Shown in pieces: positions 43,517-56,570 of a stretch of DNA of 64,000 nt. The position numbers and the translations under genes were made by a program. The stretch covers positions 136,400,001-136,464,000 of the forward strand of contig NC_043000.1 of NCBI RefSeq assembly GCF_006345805.1. The letters run 5' to 3'. How positions within the stretch are numbered: position 1 is the first letter of the stretch; each line of letters begins with the position of its first letter. Below the pieces are notes generated by a model. That model was not told the origin of the DNA. It ran no database searches and saw nothing but the letters and a program-made list of their open reading frames with translations. This DNA is from Octopus sinensis (Eukaryota).

Positions 43517-43746
43517 GATAATGAAAGCCTCAACCAATATGATCCAAGAGAATCTTCAAGCATCTACATATGTTAATCCCACTTACGATAATAATTACTT
43601 CTCTCGGGCAATAAAGTGTACGGCAGATTATTAGCGTCTAACCAACTAGAACAGTAACGATACTGAATACATGAAAGTAAAATTTAATGATATTTGAAGT
43701 GGAATTGATATGTGTTTTACGGTGATATGATTTATATAGCTGAAAT

Positions 43747-44057
43747 CAGTGGCGGACTGTATCTAAAAATATTGGTTGCCAGGAGACTAAGGGGGCCCAC
43801 ACGCAACTACAATGCTATCATTTAATTTTTTAGTTTTTTAATTTTAAAACTTTTTTGTTAAAAGTATTCTTTTCAACTGTCTACAAACACAGCCAGGCTG
43901 AAATAATTAATACATTCTTCCAGGAGTGAAGAAAAAATTCTCAAACTTGAAGGAATGGGTCCCTTAGATACTAACATGGGCCCCCATATATGGATTCTCA
44001 TGGCGCAGGGGCCCACTTGACATCGGGCAAGCTGGCAACCTGGCCAGTCCGCCACTG
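43747..44057. mobile_element. hAT-type MITE
   Basis: Perfect 13-bp TIRs CAGTGGCGGACTG / CAGTCCGCCACTG; 8-bp TSD GCTGAAAT / GTTGAAAT. Confidence 0.88.
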
Positions 44058-44586
44058 GTTGAAATCACTTCATTGTTAACAACAATAGGACCATTATGGA
44101 GAGAACACTAGATTTTTCTATAAAAAGATACACATGGAAGAAGCGAAGCAAAATTGTCAAGCGCACATACGGAAGATCTTTTGTCTCCAAGTCAGACAAT
44201 ACGTCAACATTTATAGAACGTAATAAGCTAAAAAGAAGAATGCCACTCCACAATATTAAGACTTCGCTTCTTTTAAAATCGACTTATAAAGGTTTCGCTA
44301 TCAATGTCGAATTCCCTCCGTCCATCCATTTTCGTCGCCCACTATTCCTGGATGTCATCTATAGGGTGCTGACAGAAGCAACCATCATTACACTTTTCGG
44401 CTAGAGTCTCAAGCGCAACCAACTAAGACTATAGATATTATCCAATTTTATCACTCTTTGTCTAACCTGAGACCTCCAACCGGTTGGCTCGGCTTGAAGA
44501 ATCATATTGGGGTTCTTCTCTGCGGCATTCAAACCACATGTCCGTAGTACCGGAGCTATGACCTCTCAATATATATGTATATATTT

Positions 44587-44805
44587 AAGGCAGCGAGCAG
44601 GCAGAAACGATAGAACGCCGGGCGAAATGCTTCCACGGCATTTCGTCTGTCTTTACATTCTGAGTTCAAATTCCGCCGAGATCGACTTTGCCTTTCATCC
44701 TTTCAGGGTCGATAAATTAAGTACCAGATGCGTACTGGAGTAGATCTAATCGACTGGCCTCCTCTCCCAAAATTTCAAACCTTATGCCTAAAGTAGAAAG
44801 GAATA
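44587..44805 (+). mobile_element. SINE family C (alternative tail)
   Basis: Family C head; tail CCTAAAGTAGAAAGGAAT. Confidence 0.85.
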
Positions 44806-45811
44806 TATATTTATTTTCTGATGAAGAAAATTCAGCCAAATATAAGCAGTCACTTAATGATAAAACTAGTAAAAAGTAAAATGAAAATTATGCACGCAAA
44901 AATAATGACAGTAACCTAGAGGCGAAAGCTGTAACCAAGGAAATAATTAGATGATAGAGCAGTGCTTAACAAAGTGAAATATATTTCACTGTTAAGGATC
45001 GCAAAAAACTTAGCCGCTAATATCAGATGATGAATCATAAACACGCTAAGATAGAAACAGAACTAATCAGTACAAATATTTCACCAAGAATTAATGATAA
45101 AGTTGGGAGCGTAACTAAACAATAACAATGGAACAGGAGCAACCTTGTGAAAGGTCAAGAATATCTTTGAAGAACAAGATTCTATAGAAGTCACACAGTT
45201 CGATAATGTTAACATTAATCCCTCGATATTTTATTTTCTACTGACTGAGGCACCAGTTATCGTTGAAAGATATTACGACACTGTTGCTATAGACTTAGGA
45301 TCAATATACTATTTGGTAAGTGCCAAACCTGAGTGAAACAGATTGATCTAGCATTTATATAAGCAGAATGCTTTCGATATCTGTGACAATCGACAACGCT
45401 GGTACGTGATCTCGTCATCCTATACACACTGGCTGTTGTGAAGAATAGACACATATCCAACATCGACTCGTAAAGTGATAATTTAGTTGCAACAAGACCG
45501 CTATTTCACACAAATTATATTTAGGAAAGATCTCATCGGTAACTTCAGTTACTAAGGTCTAAAAACGACGTCTTGTTCACAACTAAAACTAGGAATTTAT
45601 TAGATGCCACCCTTAACTAAGTTAGTAATGCCCATAAGCATTATAATAAGCCCAATGAGAAACTGATATATAAAAGCACTAATTCTTATTATCATCTATA
45701 GAATTCTAAATCCATACTGAATAACATTGAGAAGAACCACTAACTTCTGTTCTGTGATTAAAGGTGAATAAAATATAAAATCTGAGAATCAGGCAGATTT
45801 TATAGTAATGA

Positions 45812-46026
45812 TCCTTTCTACTATAGGCACGAAATTACGGGTGAGGAGGGGGGGGACTGGTCGATTATATCGACTCCAGTACCAAATTGGCACTTGTTTT
45901 ATCGACCCCGAAAAGATGAAAGGCAAAGTCGACCTCGGCGGCATTTGAACTCAGAACGTAAAGACGGACGAAATGCCGCTAAGAATTTTGCCCGACGCGG
46001 TAACGATTCCGTCAGCTTGCCGTCTT
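45812..46026 (-). mobile_element. SINE family C
   Basis: Reverse complement matches family C. Confidence 0.85.
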
Positions 46027-46719
46027 AGATCTTATAGCAATAATACAAGCCAATATCAGTTGTCTGCTCTAAAATCTACTGTACTGAGCGATATTGAAAC
46101 TTCGTCTAACTATCGTGATCAAATTTCCTCGGCAAATATCGCAACTTAAATAAGTATTATGTGCGTTAAATATTAGAATCTATAACACGATCAGACTACT
46201 TACATAAGAAACATGTGAACCTCTCTGGTGAACTGTAGCCATTTTCTGTACACCTTTTATACAGACATGCCGTTCACAAAATCCCACGATTAAATACTTT
46301 TATTAACTTTCTACATTATCACAATATAACTCTCTCGTGACTTTTATGAGATGGCGTATCTTCTCTTTATGACAACTTCTAAAATAAGTATTATTTTCAA
46401 ATGTAGTTCTGACATCTCATTTACAAGGAAAATTATGAATCATCCAAGCAGTTTGCTTGACTATGGGCTCATGGGAAATAATCTAGTGCACTAGCTATCC
46501 TTTATCCAGCTTACATTATGTCATAAGATTTAGAAAGACGTTACTTATGTCATGTGGGCTTGAAATGGAACTGAAAATTGTGAATACTCGAGGATTCTCT
46601 TGGAACATATAACTTCTGAATTATGCTAAGCAACTGGTGAAACTCGGAATAGTAACTATACATCTGGAAAATGTATTAAATGATATAGACATATGTGTGT
46701 GCGTATGTACATAGGTATA

Positions 46720-47109
46720 TACTCTTTTTACTCTTTTGTCTTTTACTTGTTTCAGTCATTTGACTGCGGCCATGCTGGAGCACCGCCTTTAGTCGAGCAA
46801 ATTGTACTTATTCTATCGGTCTCTTTTGCCGAACCGCTAAGTGACGGGGACGCAAACACACCAGCATCGGTTGTCAAGCAATGCTAGGCGGACAAACACA
46901 GACACACAAACATATACGCACACACTTATATATATACGCATATATACGACAGGCTTCTTTCAGTTTCCGTCTACCAAATCCGCTCACAAGGCATTGGTCG
47001 GCCCGGGGCTATAACAGAAGACACTTGCCCAAGATGCCACGCAGTGGGACTGAACCCAGAACCATGTGGTTGGTTAGCAAGCTACTTACCACACAGCCAC
47101 TCCTGCGCC
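46720..47109 (-). mobile_element. SINE family B
   Basis: Reverse complement of the family B consensus with a short internal deletion. Confidence 0.9.
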
Positions 47110-47416
47110 TATGAGTATGTATGTGTGCGTACACACATATATAGACTGATTACCAATAACATATTTACCTCTTTTTATAAATTGGTTATTTACTTCTAGA
47201 TTCTAATCTGATAAAAAGATAGCAAATGGAATTTTCTGAATTCCACACTTGTCTACGAAATCTGAAATTTAAATGCTAAAGGTGGTTGAAACAAGATTTT
47301 TTGATGTCCTGCTAAATATTGCAAACAACTACCAGATAGTTAGTTGCGTGGTCATAGCTCTAAGCTGTCACTTTAGTCATTCATTCATCTAATACGCATG
47401 TATATATATATGTACG

Positions 47417-47502
<86 letters not shown>

Positions 47503-47521
47503 GTATATATATGTATGTATG

Positions 47522-47578
<57 letters not shown>

Positions 47579-49182
47579 TTAATCATATCAAAGGGAAATT
47601 GGAAATTAATAGAAATTTTCACTTCCAGTGACCTAACGTGTAAAAATTTAGTCCAAAGACTATGTATTACTCATAAAATACAGTGTACATTTAAGCACAT
47701 AAGGAATCCACTCGTGGGATTCAACATGCTAGAAAGAACAGTTAGGTTCTATAAGCACAAAATTAGGGATGAAATTCGACAGGAACGAAATGAAAAGATA
47801 AAAACATTTTACCATCTAGTTACCTGGACGAATTGGTTATATATTGGACTTTAAGTTCTGAAATCAAATTCCGCCGAGGTGGACTCTACCTTTCATTCTT
47901 TCAAGGTCGATAAAATAAAGTATCAGTTGCGCATTGGGATTGATATAATCGAATTATCCCCTCCCCGAAATTGCTGGCCTAGTGTCAAACTTTGAAATTA
48001 ATAAAACAGAGCAAGATATAAAATATACTCGAAAAAGATATTCCTCGTGAAAGAAAGTTTGTTATATATTTTAGTTGGAAAGGTTGCTTTCACAATTTAT
48101 GGTATAAAATGAATGGATTTATTTCACTGAGATTTCTAAGATTTAGAGCTAGCGGACGCTATTCATTTCCTTGTTATAAGTAAAATTCATCACATCATTT
48201 TAATCAGCCCAATTTTGTTTCAAATGTGTCAATTATCCAAGCTAAAAGGAGAAAAGTGATAAAATTACAATTTTAATTGACATTTCTAGAATATTCTCTT
48301 TGCAACCGGTTTTCTATGTTGATATATTTCATACATGAGTTATTCATCTATATTTTCCTTGCTATATACTAATCAGCCATTTATTTGTAATTTTTCAGAT
48401 ATCTTTTCATAAAATTATTTGGTTGAAAGATACAATAAATGTTTGGGTTAATGGGCTGAATTACTGAATTACTAAGCACAATGTCATGATTACAAGCCAT
48501 TCTTGCAACTATTTTGTTGAATATTGAACATAAAGGCAAAGAACATTAGTCTGTTTGCTTCACTCTGTCTTAGTGAAAACAGTTACCATTTCTACTTTAC
48601 ACTTGATTACACTGCGTTAGAACGACTAACCATATGCAAAATTAATTGCCACAGCAACTCAAATATCCAAATTTTCAAAAATAAATTCCAGCAAATCGAG
48701 CAAGAGAGAATACACAGAAAACAGTTAAAAATAAATAAATAAAGACATACAGTAAACCAGAAAGATTGCTTGAATTGATAAATGTCAAGATGGATAGCTA
48801 TTATACATTTGATGAGAAAAGTTGACAATAAACTACTGCCAGCCATTTGTCTATAAATTAAAGCCATTCTCACATTTTTTTCTTAATCTCAATTTCTTTC
48901 ATTTGATTTATGATATTACCTTATATGTGAATGTAAGTGAAACGAAGGAGGTTAACGGCAGTTTTGGATATCTAATGGTTATATGTTTGAAGAAACCACA
49001 TTTATAGTGTTTCAGATATTACTAGCATTATAATTGGAAGTACTTGCAGATACTTATGATGTTATCCAATATTTCCTCTTGTCTCCTCTTTCATGTTCCT
49101 GGGTATTTTTATTATTAATATTGTTATTTAGTTTAAATGCTTTTACTTCAGCTCGTGCAGGTTTAGCAATGATGACAGTGGG

Positions 49183-49568
49183 TGGAAGCACTCCGTCGGT
49201 TACGACGACGAGGGTTCCGGTTGATCCGAATCAACGGAACAGCCTGCTCGTGAAATTAACGTGTAAGTGGCTGAGCACTCCACAGACACGTGTACCCTTA
49301 ACGTAGTTCTCGGGGATATTCAGCGTGACACAGAGAGTGACAAAGCCGGCCCTTTGAAATACAGGTACAACAGAAACAGGAAGTAAGAGTGAGAGAAAGT
49401 TGTGGTGAAAGAGTACAGCAGGGATCACCACCATCCCCTGCCGGAGCCTCGTGGAGCTTTTAGGTGTTTTCGCTCAATAAACACTCACAACGCCCGGTCT
49501 GGGAATCGAAACCGCGATCCTATAACCGCGAGTCTGCTGCCCTAACCACTGGGCCATTGCGCCTCCAC
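49183..49568 (-). mobile_element. SINE family A, full length
   Basis: TSD CAATGATGA(C/G)AGT on both sides. Confidence 0.92.
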
Positions 49569-50687
49569 CAATGATGAGAGTATCATGTTCGCCAATACTA
49601 TGAAGTTGAATTCAGTTAAAATATTAAGGTTATGACCGAATATAGAAAGAATATGCGGAATGTAATAGCAGACTATAGTGAAATACAACCCACTGAATAC
49701 ACTATAATTTAGATTAACTACACCATTGCAAAGTAGGGCTATATTAACCAGCAGTATCTTCAGAAACTGTATCTATAGTAAATCCCTAATGAAGCTTCAT
49801 TGAATTAAAATCCAAAATTCTCTTCTATGTTAGCACATTGTGTTCATAGATTCCTGAAATTTGTCGATATCCTTGGTAATCGACTTATTTAGAAAATAAT
49901 AAAATAATATTTTTCTTAATGTGTTTTCATATTAATCGAACGTTAACTGGTGCAAATTACCTACTTCTAAATTAATTGTTTAATTATAAGATTTTTTCTT
50001 ATCATTTGTTTGGTGTTGTGCTACCTATAATTAACAAAGTATAGTCAATACATGCTGACTACACAGACTTCAATTAAGAAATTTTAATTACTTATATATG
50101 ATAAGATAAAGATATTGGCGATACAGCTCTTATATAATATTTATGTCATGTAGATCGTGTTTGGTCGGAACAAGCAGCCTTAGATTAGAAAAAATTCCGA
50201 CCATGACCATCATCTTGTTTTACATCTGTTTCCAGTGACAGTGTATGATATCCAATATGTTCTTCCCCGTCTAAAAAGACTGAGTGAAAATTAAGGAAAA
50301 TTTGGATGCAATTTCAAGCACGTTCAGCAAAGATGATGTGCGCAGTTGTCTTTCTTTATTTTATATTAGTCGATAAAAATTAATGTTTTGCATTTCTCCA
50401 TCCAAGTCGCAAAAACGGAAATATTTATATTCTTTTTGGTATCCTTCATGTATCCTCTTTACTTTATCACCCCCACTAACAACCCTTTCTGGTGGTTGTT
50501 GACTCCACTAAAGCTAGAGGTAGAGTCCTAACTTGATAAAACCACAGTAAGATCAAATGAAAAAACATTCCGCTTGTTTCGTTTGTCTCGTAGATTTTTT
50601 TCTTGCTTGTAGATTTTGTTTAACTTGCTGTGACATTTCGTTTCTCTCTCCCTTCCTCTCTCACTACCACCGCTGTGTGATTGTTCT

Positions 50688-50771
<84 letters not shown>

Positions 50772-50774
<3 letters not shown>

Positions 50775-51005
50775 AAATATTAGGAATAATCCAAACTTAC
50801 AGGGAAAAATCAGATTTAGGATTGAATCCAATTTTATAGTAAAATATTATATCATATTAAATTAGAGATAAAACCACTATTAGGTAAATCAAACAATGAA
50901 AAACTTAAGCCAATACATAAAGTTAATTAATTTTATGTATTGGCTTAAGTTTTTCATTGTTTGATTTACCTAATAGTGGTTTTATCTCTAATTTAATATG
51001 ATATA
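50772..51005. mobile_element. Repeat tail (probably PLE) with a near-perfect 158-bp palindrome
   Basis: Arms 50848-50921 and 50932-51005. AATTAGAGATAAAACCACTATT also occurs at ~12588; flanked by (TA)n. Confidence 0.7.
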
Positions 51006-51018
51006 TATATATATATAT

Positions 51019-51054
<36 letters not shown>

Positions 51055-51595
51055 AGAGAGAGGAACAGACAGACAGATAGACACAGAGATGTGGCGGGGT
51101 GGGAAGTCACACAGCGGCCTGCTTATGTTCGCTTAAGCAACAGAGACAAAATAATGAACTGACAATTTACTGAAGATTCAGTATAAAGCACCGCTCGAAT
51201 TAGAGATAACAAAAATTCACCTCGAAATCTTCCGCCCATCTTGTCTAGCAGATGATACACATTCACGAGCAAAAAGAACTTAAAACGTCTTAAACTTTCT
51301 AAACTTTACTTCATGTCAAAATGGCTGGAAAAAACGAGACTAAATGAAATATCAATTAACACAGGATTGAGTCGAAAGCAGTTCGCTTACGTATGTCAAA
51401 CTTAGAGTGCATGTGCATAATCATTATTATGCTCATTGAGCGTTTACGATAAGTGAAAATATTCAGAGCTAAGACATAAGCTCTATAACAGTATCAAAGA
51501 ACGAAGTCTTTAAACTCAGAGATCTCATATGTATGTTGATTTATTCACAAATTTTCATAATAGAACATGGATTAAAATCTTAAGAAAATACGAAA

Positions 51596-51655
<60 letters not shown>

Positions 51656-52068
51656 GTGTGTGTGATGCATTCACAAACTTTCATTCAGGAACATGGACTA
51701 AAATCTTCTTAAGAAAATACGAAATTACAATAATTTCAATGTCATGATTAGCGAGAGCGAAACCGGTTGACAACCACAATACTCTTTCATTTAAAATATA
51801 TTAAAACTATTTAAACTGTGTGCATTTTCCTTCTTTTATTTTATATATTTTTTCTTTTTGCGTTACAACTCACCACGTGGGAGCAATCGGAATTCTCTTC
51901 CTCCTTTTTCTTACTCTGTGTGTGTGTGTGTGTGTGTGTAAACCCCAAACGTACTTGTCTTAGACTTTTGCCTTCTCTAGATGTTTCCTTTCTGCTTGTT
52001 TCTGACAAAGTGAAATGCTCGAAACGTAAAATCCCACTCTTGTTTCCATTTTTTTCCACCTTTGCTGA

Positions 52069-52509
52069 GTGTCAATTTCAGTTCTAATTTCAGAAACTAA
52101 GCCTAGCAGAATAAGATTCACGTCGGCGAACTCCAAGATCAGAAACGCCGTCTACCAATGCAAGGTTTACACGGACTCAGATGTCTACGCTTATGTAGGG
52201 GCCTCATCGTCAAGATTGGCTTTGCGAATCTCCAATCATTACGCAACTTTTCGAGACATGAATAAACGCCAGACCACGGGACTCAGCAAGCTAATATGGC
52301 GATTGAAGAATACGAACTCAAGCTACAGGCTGGAATGGTCGATTTTGTAGGTGGCCCTCCCATTTGATAGGGGCAGAAGGAAGTGCAACCTTTGTGTCTC
52401 CGAACTCTTCCATATATTGTTCGCCAGAGACCGGATGGTAAACGGACTTTTACAGTCGGCTTTTCGATGCCCCCATTGGCGGCGTTACACTTATCTGGCT
52501 TATAAATAA
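52069..52509 (+). pseudogene. GIY-YIG endonuclease (PLE type), one in-frame stop
   Basis: NAVYQCKV...YVGASS.RL..RISNH..TF....T.LSKLIW.LK....EWSIL*VALPFDRGRRKCNLCVSELFHIL...VNG....RCPH. TAG at 52348-52350, no frameshift, no ATG before the domain; acceptor-like CTAATTTCAG ends at 52093. Confidence 0.85.
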
Positions 52510-53171
52510 CGCTTATAAATAATACCTGCACCCGGTTTCACTACTTATATGAAATAGCCCTTGGTAATAAATTCTGAAAAAGCCTTTAGATAATTACGAT
52601 TAACCACTGCAAGGGGAATTACTCCTGTGAGATGAATGGGGCTTTGTTTTTGACGACGGGGGGTTTCTTTGACAAGGCATGATTAGACGAACACACGCAC
52701 ACATAAAACATAAAATATTTTCTGCCGCCCGACGGTTTTTACTCTGCAGTGGCCATTGTGTAGAGCTGTTTAACAACTGACAGCCGAGAGAATCAAAACG
52801 CACACACGTACACAAAAAATGTTTTCTACCCCTTGACGGAGTTTCTCACAGCAGTGACCAGAAAATAGCGCTTCTTGCCAACCTGCGCCAGCACACATAT
52901 ATAGAACAGTAAACCACACATGTCTCTAAGTAGATTTTTTCTCGCCCCTTAAATACATCCAATATTCTTTAAATAGTCAAACTTTATTCTCGGTCACAAA
53001 GAACATCTACACACCCTCACCCACAGGAAGACCGCTGCCTGACCCGTTAAAATCTTCACCACCGGTTCTCAACATACACTGATAAACAGTTTTGCCATGG
53101 GCTCTTAGGAGCCTAGTTCGATTTGTTTTGCTCCGCCTCTGTTCTGTTTTTGTTTTTTCCAACGGATTTCC

Positions 53172-53264
53172 TATTTCTTCCTGAAGAGAAAGACACAATA
53201 TGGTCTCATTATTCAATCGGATTTTGGTAAATTGTGCCTTTCGAAACACGTGTAGAATGAAATA
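53172..53264 (+). ncRNA. Type I hammerhead ribozyme, canonical core
   Basis: Stem I TATTTCTTC/GAA(T)GAAATA; CTGAAGA; stem II GAAAG(A)CACAAT/ATTGTG(C)CTTTC; GAAA; palindromic stem III ACACGTGT; GUA site, predicted cleavage after 53254. Confidence 0.85.
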
Positions 53265-53310
53265 AAACGATTTCTGTTCAATCTTCGTTCAGCTCCATTT
53301 CTTCAATTCA

Positions 53311-53350
<40 letters not shown>

Positions 53351-54117
53351 AATTGATTTTATAGTTAATAAAACGAATTTTCCTCGTACTCACTAAAATA
53401 AGCGGATAGGTCAATCACGTGAGAACGAAAGAATTCAGGGCTCCATTGTTTATGAATTCATTAATGGTTGATGGGGTCAGTTCGTATAATTTCGCAAGAA
53501 GACAATTTTGCCTCTCTCTGTATATGTGTGTGTGTATGTGGGTGGGGTGATTACTTGAAATTTTGGTGTAACTCTATTATGTCGATTCAAACGCATTCAC
53601 TGTTTGGGCTACCTAATGTCATTCACTGTAACGATATAATTTTCACTGGATCTACGTCAGGAAATCCGCAGTGTTTTTTTAGATGAAGCACCTGAAGTGA
53701 AACAGCTGCACTGATTGATGTAACACAACTAGATGAACAATATTCTACTCCATGGAACAGATGCAGGGTGGGTCAAAACGATCGTCGTGCTGAATAAAGA
53801 TTCGTACTTAATCCATCTTTCATTTCTTTCATCAATTACATATATTAATATATCGTTGATATTACACAAAAGTGTCGGAAGTCCAAAAACGTTGCTTATT
53901 CAGAAAACGAAGAAATAGTTTCACTATTCCATAGCAAAACCGTTGTCCTATATTTTGACAATTTTTTAATATTTTTACATTTGAAGCAGTTGGTGATACG
54001 ATAGTTTGACCAAAAGAACCGGCTATTGCAAACAAAAATAAATATTGAAAAAAGAAACGAATTTGGCCATATTTGGACATACGACAGTTTAACATAATAG
54101 CAACGGTATATATATTA

Positions 54118-54519
54118 AAGGCGGCGAGCTGGCAGAAACGTTAGCACGCCGGGCGAAATGCGTAGCCGTATTTCGTCTGCCGCTACGTTCTGAGTTCAAA
54201 TTCCCCCGAGGTCGACTTTGCCTTTCATCCTTTGGGGTCGATTAAATAAGTACCATTTACGCACTGAGGTCGATATAATCGACTTAATCCGTTTGTCTGT
54301 CCTTGTTTGTCCCCTCTGTGTTGAGCCCCTGTGGGTAGTAAGAAATAGGTATTTCGTCTGCGTTACGTTGTGAGGCTCGACGACTTGGCCTTTCATCCTT
54401 TCGGGGTCGATAAATTAAGTCCAGTTACGCACTGGGTGTCGATGTAATCGACTTAATACCTATGTTCTTTTCGTTTGTCCCCTCTGTGTCTAGCCCCTTG
54501 TTGGTAATAAAGAAATAGG
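54118..54519 (+). mobile_element. SINE family C dimer
   Basis: Junction AAGAAATA|GGTATTTCGTC at ~54347. Confidence 0.9.
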
Positions 54520-55237
54520 AGGTGTATATATAATATATACATATATATATATATATGCATGCTTTCGCATAATTTTCGTCCACCACATTCATTCATGAGG
54601 TACAACTTGACCTTTGGCTGTAGAAACTTGCCTAAAGTGCCATGAAGTAAAAATGAACCCAAAACTACGTGGATGTGAAGTAAACTTCTTAACCACATAA
54701 CAATACTTGTGCTTGTATTTTCACACATAAATACATATATACAAACCGCCTACCGGCTTACATATGTGTGTTTGTGGGTAAATGGTAATGTCGAGGATAT
54801 TTATGCTTAGCTCGTTGTGATTAGAGGGCAAAAAGCACGTGTGGCATTTACGTCATCTGAAGTTACTACTCGAAGAGAAGTTTTCAGCAGTTACTTTAGG
54901 ATTGTAATTTATTGATACATCAAATCCTTAAACATGATGTAATACGAAATCGATATATGACCCTATAATTGTTAGCAGCACTTTAGTTTGCGAAGTAAGT
55001 GAAAATTTGAGTGGTGTAAAGAAGAAAAATTGCGGGTGATAATAGTTTAATAGTGTCATGCAGCTAAAGGTAGATAGGCGATTAGGAAATGTAATTCTAG
55101 ATATAGTTACCACGCTAATGGAGCTGGCCAATAAATAAGTAAAACTACAAAAATATTTCGATGTTCTTAGTTTGTTTCAAACTTTCTAACCTTAGCTCTA
55201 ACAATTATATTTTTTCTTCTCTTCCTGTCGTTCTTAG

Positions 55238-55591
55238 TTTCATACCAAAGCTGCTGAAGTAATGCAATCTGGACACGAAACAAACTATACCTTGAATACT
55301 TTTAAATAAAATATCTGCTATAAAACTTTACATTTATATGATTTTTAATTTTGACGGTATTAACTTCCTCTTTTGAGATGTAAATATTTTCATATTTACT
55401 TATACCTTACATTTTTCATACCAAAGCTGCTGAAGTAATGCAATCTGGACAACGAAACAAACTAAACCTGAATACTTTTAAATAAAATATCTGCTATAAA
55501 ACTTTACATTTATATGATTTTTAATTTTGACGGTATTAACTTCCTCTTTTGAGATGTAAAATATTTTCATATTTACTTATACCTTACATTT
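55238..55591. repeat. ~176-bp tandem duplication
   Basis: TTTCATACCAAAGCTGCTG at 55238 and 55414; copies differ mainly by 1-nt indels. Confidence 0.92.
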
Positions 55592-56157
55592 CAGTTCGTT
55601 TGATCTCTGATTGTCATTAGCTGTTTTATACTTGTGTTTTTTTTAGTGCTGGACAGAATTGAACATGGAACATCTACTTTTAGTTTAAAGTTACACCTTC
55701 GTTTAGAAATAAACTTTCTACACTCGAATCTTGTCCAAAATTATGTACACGTCCAGGCGTAAGATATCTAACGATGATGTAGAGGTGAAACCGATCAAAA
55801 CTAAGTGTATATGAAAACATTATAACATTCTCAATTTTAAGTACGGCCCAAAATTATAATCATGTTGCCAATAACCCCTTTCATTTAAACATTTAATTAA
55901 CATTTCATTATTTATTTTTTTTAACAAAATAGAAGTACACTGCTAGGACACATTAATACTATTATAACCCACCGTGTAAAGAAATGCACTGCGGCTTACA
56001 AAATCTGTTGACAACAAACTACAGGATATATAGATTAGCAATGATCACCTTAGATCCCTGACAACAGCCCAGTGTTTCATGTTTTAAAACGGTAGTGGTA
56101 CATTCGCAGATATGATAAAGGGGACGAGCAAAATATATTAACATTAGATATTCTTCT

Positions 56158-56570
56158 AAGGCGGTTAGCTGGCAGAATCGTAAGCACACCGGACAAAATA
56201 CTTAGCATTATCTCGTCCTTCTTTATGTTTTGAATTCAAATTCCGTTGAAGTCGCCTTTGCTTTTTATCCTTTCGGGGTCGATGAAATAAGTACTAGTTG
56301 CGTATTGGGTGAATGTAACTGATTAGCACCTCCCACAAGATTTCAGGCCTTGTGCCTATAGTAGAAAGGGTCTTATTTACTTCTCTACATTCTCAGATCA
56401 AGTTAGGGTGGCGAGCTGGTTGACCGTTAAAGCTCTTTACGTTCTTAGTTTTAATCCCGCCGAGATCAACTTTGCTTTCTCTCTTCGGAGTCAATAAAGT
56501 AAAATACCAGTGAAATAGTGGAGTCCAACCCACCTCTTTCAAAATTGCTGGTTTGTGCCGAAATCAGGAA
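56158..56570 (+). mobile_element. Two adjacent diverged SINE family C copies
   Basis: AAGGCGGTTAGCTGGCAGAATCG at 56158 and GGGTGGCGAGCTGG at ~56405. Confidence 0.75.

Larger units (their letters stand above)
51940..53317 (+). mobile_element. Short Penelope-like unit: HHR remnant, GIY-YIG-only frame, long 3' UTR, intact HHR
   Basis: Between (TG)n and (TA)n. Decayed HHR at 51999-52031, EN frame 52069-52509, canonical HHR at 53172-53264; no RT motifs seen. Confidence 0.75.

Noticed and set aside
45150-45316. Open frame ending DTVAIDLGSIYYL at a GTAAGT donor (actin/HSP70 phosphate-1-like)
   Set aside because: A seven-residue resemblance only, a weak acceptor and no further ATPase motifs nearby.
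53007-53249. Antisense ORF with KTVYQCMLRTGG resembling a second GIY-YIG start
   Set aside because: No YIG, R, E or N motifs follow; it overlaps the HHR on the other strand and is likely chance.
55238-55591. Duplicated exon-like segment after a strong acceptor (FHTKAAEVMQSG...)
   Set aside because: Indel-type differences suggest an assembly overlap artefact; the peptide is short with no homology.
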